DNA from: Mytilus trossulus
Lineage: Eukaryota
Direction of reading: 5' to 3'
Length of the DNA stretch: 64,000 nucleotides
NCBI RefSeq assembly: GCF_036588685.1
Contig: NC_086382.1
Span: 56,296,001-56,360,000, forward strand
Shown: positions 53,662 through 64,000 of the stretch, one piece after another
Layout: every line of letters begins with the position of its first letter
Numbering within the stretch: position 1 is the stretch's first letter
The notes under the pieces: model-generated
Database searches by the model: none
What the model was told of the DNA's origin: nothing
Seen by the model: the letters and a program-made list of their open reading frames with translations, nothing else
Translations under genes and position numbers: made by a program

Positions 53662-56600
53662 ATGGTAAGCTTTAATTTAAATCAAATTTTGTTTTACAAA
53701 AACAATACTTATATATTTAGAGAAAACGTATGATCATCTCTTAAGATGTCCTACGTGTATCTTCTTCTCTATGTAATGCACATAATGCAAAGATCGTTAT
53801 GAAAGAAAAATAATTTTGAAAACAAAACTTTTGCAAATGAAAATTTTGAAGAAATTCATTTATTCTTAAATAATCTTAATAAATATAAGAAATTTAAGTT
53901 GAATTTACAAGAACTACACATTTATATATTATTATATTTATTTGTTTTCACTTTTTCATTAATTGTGGTTCGTTAATTTGAAACACGATGTCTTATCATT
54001 TTTATGAAGATACAAAAAAAAATGTTAGAATATATAAGCAATTTAAAAATTAATGCATTTTGATTTTCAAAGCATTTTATTCCTGTGACCTACACTTATT
54101 ATTGTTGCATAGATAAATAAAAAGATGGCTGAAGGTAACCATTTAGTAAAATGTATTTTATTGCTCTCAGGTTCCACTTCAACTTTATATTGCTGTCATA
54201 GCTGTAACGCTTTCTTCTGCTCTCCCTGGTCCAAAAAAGGATAATAAATGGCAGCTCTGTCAGAAATACGACTTGTTGTATAAACAATGTCTACCACCAT
54301 CGGACTGGATTTGTGATAAGAGTCAGATTCCAGAGACCTACGTTTCATTCAACATGTAAGTATACTCTTATCAAAATACAATACTATTGCGATAATTATA
54401 AATATAATGGCAGCACTTCTGAGAAAATAACAAAGGATTGATTTCACAAAATATTTAGTGTTCGGAGATACATGTAGGGTATTTTTGATAATTTTGATAA
54501 GTACTCCAATTACATTTCGATTATTTATGTCGGATCGGTTTTTCTCGATGCAATCGTCGAGGTCAATTCAAAGACCATTAAAACGTCAGTGAGCTGTAAC
54601 AACAAAAAAGACAAAAAATGAAGGTCAAGGATCAGAATTCACAAAATTGCTTAAATTAAGACTCAAACAAGTATCAATTAAAGTTACAATCGCTAGCTTT
54701 TATATTTCATATTTTTTAATGCAGAATATTTTGTAGATGTGTCAAATTATATTCCCGTTTTACACCACATAGATAATCTTACCGCTTTATACAATAAAAA
54801 ATCATAGAAAAAGTCAAAGAATTTCAAATGTGATTGCACCATACTAATTCATGAGATATAATAAATGCATGTGTATTTGTAAACATTTAATTTACATTCA
54901 TCTTTCTCTCTCTTACAGCCGTAAAGCAATGGATCTCTCAGATAGAGGTTTTGTGAATTTCTTAAAACACAGCAGAGAATGCAATGGTGTCTCAAAACAC
55001 GTATTCTCTAAACAAGATAAAATGGAGGATATCAGAGGAGCTGGGTAAATAAATTTAAAATAGAGAATTTGCTTTCCTAACGGTCAAGTAAGCACTGACG
55101 ACTTTATAATGTTATCTTCAAACGGACCGGTCAGAGTGCATATGTGTTTTTGTACAGAGCTATCACCGTTTAGTGTTATGAATTACCTAAACAAATAATC
55201 AACCTATCAACAAAATGTATTGTTTGCAGGCTGGTTGGTTGGTACGAAATAAATACTAACACATCACAAATTAAGTTTAGATATTTTTCTGGGAAATTTT
55301 AAGAAATATGGATGATCGTTTGAATTTTAAATTAGTTGTATATCAATTTAAAACTATTTGGTTTAAATAAAACTGTCAATACTTAAAGGGTCAAATATTT
55401 AAGAGATATAAACAGTGAAGATTGTGGGGTAAAACGTATTACATGATAATTTCAATGATAAATTTATAGTTATGTGTATGTGTTGTGTTGTTGATAACGA
55501 TCAAAGCAAACAAAAGACAAGGCGACATGCTCTCTGATTAAATTGAGAATGAAGATGGGGAATAAGTCAAATAGATCACAACCCAACCAAAGAGCAGACA
55601 ACTCTTTAATCTTCTTTCTTGTTTAATATGATATTAAAAAACAAATTTCACCATCTGTTAAAACCTATCAACACTTACATCTCAATTATTGAAACATCTA
55701 CATTAGATTTATATCAAATTGTCACAATATTTTAATATGTTTTTTACAGAGCGAATGTGGCTAGAGTCCATAAATTTCCTATGTGCAGAGAAGTGAAGAC
55801 GCTTGTTACCCATGTTTATAGACCATTCTATAACGCAATAACTGATGTCAAAACAGGCTCTGAAATTTGTGAAGTTGTTTTAAGCGACAGAGCCCAAATT
55901 GTTTATAAAGTGGAGTGTTTAGGGTAAGTGAAGTTCTTAGACGCAACTATATCATTCTGTTATACAAAAGTAGGACTATGATCCAACAATCAGGTTTAGA
56001 ATATAAGAAATGTTTGTGCTTTGGTTGCATGTGTGATTGGTTGCTGTCTAACGGAGTATAAACCACACCAGATTTTATTCATAAGAAAATAAGACTAAAA
56101 ACCGCTAAACATTTCTGAAATACAATGTAACCAGCCAAAACAAAACTCTTACGATAGAAATAATTTGTTTATCATCTTTATATTTTTGAATTACAAGTGT
56201 TCACACGCAAAACTGTTTTAATTCCCTAACATGGTGTGCCTGTATCATGTTAGTCTGTACGAACTGTTTGTCTATTGTACTTTATTTATACGAGTCGGAT
56301 GGAAATGGTTGGAGCTTAATAATGTACTATCTTATATTTTCGACATTTCACTTAACGTATAAAGTAACGGTTTTTCGCTTCTCATTGTTATTTGTTTTTT
56401 GTCTCATTAGGGTGTACCCTACTTCTGGTTTTATTCATTCCAATTCCAAGCGAATTATAGCTCCTGCTTCACATGAAGTTATTTTGCTTATTTTGTTATT
56501 ATTTATTTTACAGTCATAAGAGAACAACAAAATGTAGATTTCACTATGCACCACAAAAAGATTATTACTGCCGACCAACCAATTACGTCACAAGAACCAT

Positions 56601-56724
56601 GGTTATTTTATGCCCCAGCGACAATGGAATATTAACCTACCACGTTGAGAAGATCCCAACAGCCTGTAGTTGTGTAAAGGTTGGATGTGACGATACATTC
56701 CCCCTCAAAAAACTTCTCCATTAG
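53662..56724 (+). CDS. Gene A: secreted Spaetzle/neurotrophin-like cystine-knot protein, ~232 aa; join(53662-53664, 54171-54355, 54919-55044, 55750-55923, 56514-56724)
   Basis: All introns GT-AG with consistent phases 0,2,2,2; signal peptide MVPLQLYIAVIAVTLSSA; C-terminal C-REV...Q.V...EC...C...C.PTNY..R.M...C...EKIPTACSC; AATAAA at 56840. Confidence 0.8.
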
Positions 56725-58361
56725 TGAAGGAACAGTATTAAGTCACTAACAAGGGCATGTGCAATATATTTCATCCTCATCATTTATGTGTATTGTCTTT
56801 AATGTTTATGTCTACTTACAAACAACAACAATAATATTGAATAAAAAATAGATTTAAAATTTGTACTTCTATTATTGGTTATAAATAACAACGACTAGGT
56901 AATTAGTGTTCTGTAGATTTTTTTTATTGTATGTTTCTAAAATGTGGTCGGTATTTCCTAACATTTACCAATGCAACATGAGTAGCAGGATCTGCCAACG
57001 TTTCTGTAACACCGGAAACCACCTCCGGTTTTTTGTTGGTTTCTTGATGTTCAGTTTATCTATATATTTTCTATGTTGTACTTTGCGTATGATGGTTGTG
57101 TTTCGTCGTGTTCTATTTCATGAAATGGCATAGACAATTTGACAATCATTTCGACTTGTGATATAAGGATAAAAAGATGTAGTATGATTGACAATGAGAT
57201 CAAAATGATATAGAAGTTTACAACTATAGGTCACAGTACGAACTTAAACAACAAATATAATATACAGCAACAAACTAAAACCACTGAATTACAGTCTTAT
57301 GATTTGAGATATAAAAATGAGGGGTTATACGTGTTTACGGGCACCCAACCCTCCCCTACCCTGAAACAGTGTGAAACAACACAATGTATGAGCGATATAC
57401 TATAAAAACTAGTTGAAAATGGCTACAAAGAAAAAGAATACGATACAGGATATTTCTAAATCCCCACAGTAAAAAAGACGCGATGTAAATGAACTAGTGT
57501 GGATTATTTTAGTCACTGAAACATTGATAACGTGTTGTTAAATACTTGATAAGAACAACATGTAATATACTAGGTAACTGTGATCGAAAGAATAGTAACA
57601 TAACTAATCAATCAAATGTATAAAGAAAAAGATAAAATACAAGTAAATGTACTTCTGTCAATTTGTTTTGAATACTGTTTGCATTGTAAATACACCAACA
57701 CATGGAAGTTTCTAACGACCTTGACTGGCTATACTGAGCCCTCAAACGGTTGGAAAATACATTTAAAACATCTTACAGTAACATTTAGAAGTGGCTTTTA
57801 TGTACATCGGTTATTTGACAAATAGGTGGATTTTTATTAACTTATCTAGACTAAGGTTGCCCTTTGTTTATGTGTTGCATATCTGTTTTTTGTTCATTTT
57901 TTTACCTAAATAAGGCCGTTAGTTTTCTCGTTTGAATTGATTTACATTGTCTTATCGGGGCCTTTTATAGCTGACTATGCGGTATGGGCTTTGCTCATTG
58001 TTGATACCGTACGGTGACCTATAGTTGTTAATGTTTGTGTCATTTTGGTCTTTTGTGGATAGTTGTCTCATTGGCAATCATACCACATCTTCTTTTTTAT
58101 AAGTATATATCACGAGTCTGTCGATTAAATACAACTTATCAGACGCTAGTATATAAAATGAGTATACTACAACATGAGACTAAAACAAGAATTTGTTCGA
58201 TTTGACTCAATATAGGATTACGTGCATCGGTTATACGTTAAACGTAATTTTTACGCAAGTAGAAAAATAAGGTTTTACACATGAATTGCTTACAAATCGT
58301 GTGTTCCTTTCTTTCACAATCGCATTTAATGGGTTCGTGTTGTTTAATATTGAGTGATCTA

Positions 58362-58767
58362 CACAGACAATTTTCATTTACATCAATTTCACATGAATTC
58401 AAATTCATGTGAATCTCACGTGAATTTCACCTCAAACGAGCTTATACGTGAAACTCGCGTGAAATCAGTTTATGTGAGTACATGTATCACATGAATCTCA
58501 TGTGAAATTCACATGAACTTCACATGAAAATTACATGAAATTTGTTCACGTGAAATTCAAATGAATTTTTAAAATAAGGTATTCCAAACAACATCTAAAT
58601 TTTTAAATTTAAGTAAAATCATGAAAAATACCAATATTTTTTTTGGAAAAGAAAGTTTCACGTGAGTATCATGTATAATGTCGTTTGAGGTGAATCTCAC
58701 ATGAAATTTTTCACGTGAATTTCATGTGAGATTCATGTGAAATTCACGTGAGCAAATTTTGCCTGTG
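58362..58767. mobile_element. TA-flanked MITE with CAC termini, built from TTCAC(A/G)TGAA repeats
   Basis: ta-cacagacaatttt ... aattttgcctgtg-ta; dense CACATG/CACGTG subterminal arrays. Confidence 0.75.
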
Positions 58768-59223
58768 TATGCAAGGTTCGCCGTTAACTTAGTTTTCTTT
58801 CGTCTAAATTATTTTTGCCTCGGTATTGTGCGAATTTTTTAATTGTAAGATTTTTTGATTGCTTTCTTGAAAACTTATTTTTCTTCCATATTAGGAGTAT
58901 TCCATGTCAGTGAACTATTAAAGAAATGACTGTCCGTAACACACTCGAAGTCTGTTAAAACACTGATATAGACGTGTGAGTTATGGGATGTCACTGTCGT
59001 CCTGTACAGATGTCATTAATTATCATTAGTGTTTTTTTTATGGTGATAAAAATTATCATATGTATATTTAACTTAGCACTTCAAAGATTAAATGACTTTA
59101 ATAGTTTTAATACAAATTTATTTATGAACCAATACCTTAACAATAACATAACAAAATGAAAAAGCACATAGCGAAACTTTGTAAAACATAAATATCACAG
59201 TCAGTTATATTGTCTTCTGATTT

Positions 59224-62200
59224 TCAAAACAAGCCTGGACTTTTTCTTACTATTTGTTTTGGTCTTATTTCTTGGACGTGTACGGGTCCCTGTCTGATAC
59301 CACGATTGTTAAAGGGACCAGCAACTTCTCCTGTTAAACATTTGACTTTAACACAACTACAAGCTGTTGATACTTTTTCTTTGTAATACTGCAATCCAGT
59401 TAATGGGCAGTCAATAAGCATGGTTCTGTACACAAAATTTGTTGGTCTACAAAAATATTGCTTAAACACCCCATAGTCGAATCTACAGTAGTTGTTCTGT
59501 TTTCTCTCATCTCTGAAAAAAATTAAACGTTAACTTTCAATTAAAAAATAATAAAAACAAAACCGTTAAATACTCGGTTTGTTCATGTATCGTTTGCTAT
59601 ATCGTTATAATAAAAATCTTATATTTTAAATTAATGCCAAATTTTCAGGACTGTTTTTTTGTTTTTTGTTGTTGACTTATGTATCATTTAACTTGGATGT
59701 TCATAGGAATATATACACAAGAACTACACAATTATAAATAATAATAATAAAAAAAAATATAATAATAATTAAAAAAAAAAAAAAAACCCAGAACGCCCGA
59801 TAGACATGTCGCCACCAAGTATCATAAATTGCATTGCGAACATTTAAAAAAAAACAACACTTAATTTTTAACCAACAAAAGATTAAAATACTTTAGCTAA
59901 TTCTCAAAATAAAAATAAAATGCCTATAAATACACAATTTAAACAATTCCAGTAACGTGAAATCTTGAATAACAGAAGGGAAAATTGTCAAAAGATTATA
60001 GACCCATACACTAACACCTGTAAGTTGTTTGGCTAGCTTGAAATATATTACACAATTTGTACTTTCAAGCGTTAATGAAAGCAGATGTATTACAGAAATA
60101 AGAGTGACATTACTTTTCTAATTAGGACAAGGATGAAACCCGAATAAGTAAACAGCCCGTCAAACCAACATTCTAAATAATTTGGTAACTTGTAAAGTAG
60201 ATCTGTTAATGATCTCTAGGTATGAAGCCGACAGGTCAGTCAGAACAGAGAGACAACGAAATACCATTATAACTCCGGACTAAACAGAATTATGGAAACT
60301 TAGCAAAGATATTATAAGTTTTGGTATTGAATATTTTTGTAAGTATTTGAATGACCACTGGACGTTAGTTTAGAACCAATCAGCGTATATTTGCCTGGAT
60401 AACTTTGCAATCAAATTGTCCGGTGAAGTTCAGATGGGGATATTTTATATCAGCAATCAAATACGACTAGTATGGCTTAGTTGCTTTTCACGCCTCACGC
60501 TTCACGTTAGATAAATATTATGTAGTTTATATATCAAATGATGAAATACAGTTTATTATCTTACCCGTTGTAACAGTCCGTCCTGTATATTTTCTGTACA
60601 TTTCTATCAGGGCCATTGAGAATAACCTGGCATACCTCAAAGCCTTCCGGTAATCCAGTCAGCTCATGATATACTGTTTTGTTTATATATGCAATCGGTA
60701 CCTTAACTTCACGACAAACTGGTTTCTTTACGTAATCTATTTTTTCCCTGAAATATAAATATATATTTACATTGAAACAATGTATTTATTGCCAACTGAC
60801 TTTGAAAACTACTATTTAGCGATAATATATATATATATATATATATATATAAGTACGTCTGAGTCAGGCGAGGGAAGAACCAAAAATTTGCGAAAGCAAA
60901 TTTACAGATCTAACATTGTTGGGTTGATGTTTAGACGAGTTGTATATATATATATATATGGATACATCTGTTGTAGAGTTGTCACTGACTCAGACGTACT
61001 TATAAATATAATTATTTTCTGTGACTGTATCTTGCATTAGTTTGTAGGATCATTTACTATAGATAATTGAGCTGATCTGTAACAATAACATCTCCATGCC
61101 TTATATATCATGTACTGTAGTACGCCGCTAGATTAAAACTGACGAGGAAATACATCTTGTGGAACTATGCACACACGGCCACCAAAAGCTTTATTTTTGT
61201 GAAGCCTAGGTGGTCGTGTGGTCTAGCGGGACGACTGCAGTGCAGGCGATTTGGTGTCTAGATATCACAGTAGCATGGGTTCGAATCCCTGCCAGGGAAG
61301 AACAAAAAATTTGCGAAAGCAAATTTACAGATCTAACATTGTTGGGTTGATGTTTAGACGAGATGTATATATATATATATATCTATTTTAAAATACATAT
61401 CCGCGTAAATTTATCAAAAATAAAGATAGGAAATTAATTTAATTATCGTTCAACATATTGATTAATTGATGATGTGCGAAATTTGGATTGCAACTGTAAA
61501 ATTGAGGTATATTCGATAAGGTCATGGAGCAGACCACCTACAAACTCCCTTAACAATCTGAGAATAAAAATAATCGCCGTTTTGCATAGTTCCACAAGAT
61601 GTATTTTAGAAAAGAAAATGTAGATACAGTGCCTCTTAAGTAAACTTTGGATGCCTTTTTGTCTTATTTTATTACTGTACGATGCATATTATGTAGTTTG
61701 TATTTAACTTTGTTGACTATGTAAAATTAAAAAAAAAATGAAGTAAATAAATCAAAAATATCTTTAAAAAAGTTGAAATGATAATTACCCATATGGAGCA
61801 GGATCTCCTAAACACTCACTGCATGACTTTATATAGTGGATAAATGATCCGTCACTCTGGGACAATTTCTGTCTCAATCCACGCCTATTACACAGAGAAA
61901 AAAAAAGAAAACAATTAAATTGAATACAACAATAATTATGATTTATATCAATATATGATTAAAAGCATTATGATTAAAATACTGTCTTCAGTTTTAATTA
62001 TAAATTAAAAAAAAAATGCATTGCTTTTTATTTGAAGATGATTGATTTCTCAGTAAAATGTAAAAAATTACCGCGGTGTCTTAAAAATGTAAAAATTACT
62101 GTCGTGTCTTTAAAATAGAAAAAATAATGACGTGTCTTTAAAATGTGAAACTTACGGCGGTGTCTTTAAAATGTAAAACTTATTTGCGTGTCTTTAAAAT

Positions 62201-63201
62201 GTAAAACTTACTTGCGTGTCTTTAAACTGTAAAACTTACTTGCGTGTCGTTAAAATGTAAAACTTAAGGCGGTGACTTTAAAATGTGAAACTTACTGCGG
62301 TGTCTTTAAAATGTAAAACTTACTTGCGTGTCTTTAAAATGTAAAACTTACTTGCGTGTCTTTAAGCTGTAATACTTACTTGCGTGTCGTTAAAATGTAA
62401 AACTTACTGCGTTTTTTTAAACTGTAAAACTTACTTGCGTGTCTTTATTAAAAATGTAAAACTTACTGCGGTGTCTTTAAAATGTAAAAATTACTAACGT
62501 ATGTTTAAAATTTAAAACGTGTTTGCGTGTCTTTGAAATATTATTATACCATAGAAATACACGATATAGAATACATAATATAGCAAAAGAACAAATATAT
62601 AAAAAAATAAAAAAATATGTAAGTTGAAAACTTATTTTTTTGTAAGTCTATTCTATGGTGCATATCTTCGTGTGTATGAAAAGAAAAAAGAAAAACTCAG
62701 AGGAACTACTTACATATCTAGTGGTGAATAACCAGCTGGTTTATCACAGATCCAGCTCCTGTGTGGCAGACACTGGTCATACAAATACTTGTAGTTAGTA
62801 CATACATCCATGGGTACGCCCGACACATAGGCAATGATGGCACAAGTCAGTAGTAGTTTTAACTAAAAAAAATATAATGATTATTTTTTATGCTGACTTT
62901 TTCAGAAAGACATTTTAGATTTGTATGCCAATTGATCCTATTGCGGTTTAAACAGTAAAATTTGTGAAATACATGTACGGTATAAGGTTTGAATTAAGAA
63001 ATGATAATAATAAAAAACAAAAGCACTTTTGAAGAATTAGCACAAAAAGCGTTTTTGAAATAATAAATGTAACAGTTCTACCTAAACAGAGGGATTTATT
63101 ATTTATCAATTATTCAAAACTTTGTAAGATTTGATATTTTAATGGAAAACAATCTTTGAAATAAATGAATTCAAATATAACGAATTTCATTGACTTACCA
63201 T
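59224..63201 (-). CDS. Gene B: paralogous secreted Spaetzle/neurotrophin-like cystine-knot protein, ~239 aa; complement join(63199-63201, 62714-62862, 61789-61884, 60565-60747, 59224-59512)
   Basis: GT-AG introns, phases 0,2,2,2; signal peptide MLKLLLTCAIIAYVSG; LYDQCLP..WICDK, VCREVK, CRPTNFVYRTM and EKVSTACSCVKV are shared with gene A; AATAAA at 59117-59122 (-). Confidence 0.8.
60851..61380 (+). mobile_element. Interspersed repeat containing a tRNA-like (Pol III A/B box) segment, in gene B intron 3
   Basis: GCCTAGGTGGTCGTGTGG...GGGTTCGAATCCC at 61204-61290; its 3' part is duplicated at ~60868-60960; (TA)n boundaries; inverted aagtacgtctgagtcag. Confidence 0.6.
62055..62535. repeat. Minisatellite, ~29-bp unit, ~16 copies, in gene B intron 2
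   Basis: aaaatgtaaaacttacttgcgtgtcttt repeated. Confidence 0.9.
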
Positions 63202-63263
63202 TTTTAGCAGTGGTCACTTTAAGCAAATTTAAGACGTTTTGATATAAATGGTCAAGTGTAGTC

Positions 63264-63271
63264 TTTATATA
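63264..63271 (-). promoter_or_regulatory. TATA box of cystine-knot gene B
   Basis: TATATAAAG on the - strand, 70 nt upstream of the ATG; CCAAT and CRE-like TGACGT further upstream. Confidence 0.55.
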
Positions 63272-64000
63272 GCATAAAGGTTGACAAATGGTGTCTTTCA
63301 TTTGACAATGATGATGAATTAGCTTACGTACATCACGGACAATGGCCATACTGACGTAGGTCCTTAGGTCAAACTATAACATACTGGTCAGCGATTGGTC
63401 AGTATGTATATATCCTTGTCGCCTAGATTTGTGTATATATAGAAACAAGATACTGGTGGTAAGCAGAACCTAGAAGAGACACAAGAAATAAGGTAAACTA
63501 TTCTATTCTACTTCATTTTCGACAAAGGCCAAACATTATAAAGAGTTTCAAAAAAGAGATTTATACGTTTTACTTTATCGCTTCAACTAGGGATTTAATG
63601 CAAAATTGCTTTATCAAATCAGGTTAAATATTGCACAATATAGTTAAGCAAAATAAGCCCTTTAAATTTCTAACCCACGGCTTCAGATTGCCGTCAAATC
63701 AACGTTTCATATATAAATAATGTGTTCATTATTGTTTTTAGATGAAACATAGTCTATTTTTCCTTGCTGTATTACCATGTGTGTTTGGAATATTTGGAAA
63801 GAAATGTGTTGTTGATCCGATAGAAAACAGATGGCCGGACATGGGAAAGATATGTCATGATCCGTTAGAATATAATCAGTAAGTATACATTTTTAAAAAG
63901 TTGTTTATATTGTAAAATGCACGAATTCAAAATTCTACGCAAAAATCTCTAAATCGTTGCAGTTGGATATTGTCTATTCAAATTGCACTATTATTATCAA

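Noticed and set aside
61204-61298. tRNA-Ser/Leu gene
   Set aside because: The cloverleaf is imperfect and embedded in a partly duplicated interspersed repeat.

Overview
AT-rich, repeat-dense eukaryotic DNA, most likely a Mytilus-type bivalve (inferred from its repeat families). Protein-coding content: (1) the 5' six coding exons of a phospholipase D1/2 gene on the - strand, running off the left edge; (2) a single-ORF protein with 8-aa tandem repeats and one C2H2 finger; (3) an intronless Olig-family bHLH gene; (4) a tail-to-tail pair of paralogous, 5-coding-exon genes for secreted Spaetzle/neurotrophin-like cystine-knot proteins, assembled by hand from splice sites. Mobile DNA: a young 1.7-kb pol-less LTR element with non-canonical TA...TA termini encoding a Zn-knuckle/coiled-coil protein; a truncated CR1/L2-type LINE; a Penelope-like (Naiad-type) 3' fragment carrying a SECIS hairpin; three mutated minimal hammerhead ribozymes around the Olig gene; tRNA-derived SINEs; many MITEs; a 3.7-kb two-domain satellite; and an apparently exact 1,113-bp tandem duplication upstream of Olig. 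All family assignments rest on motif recognition, not database searches.
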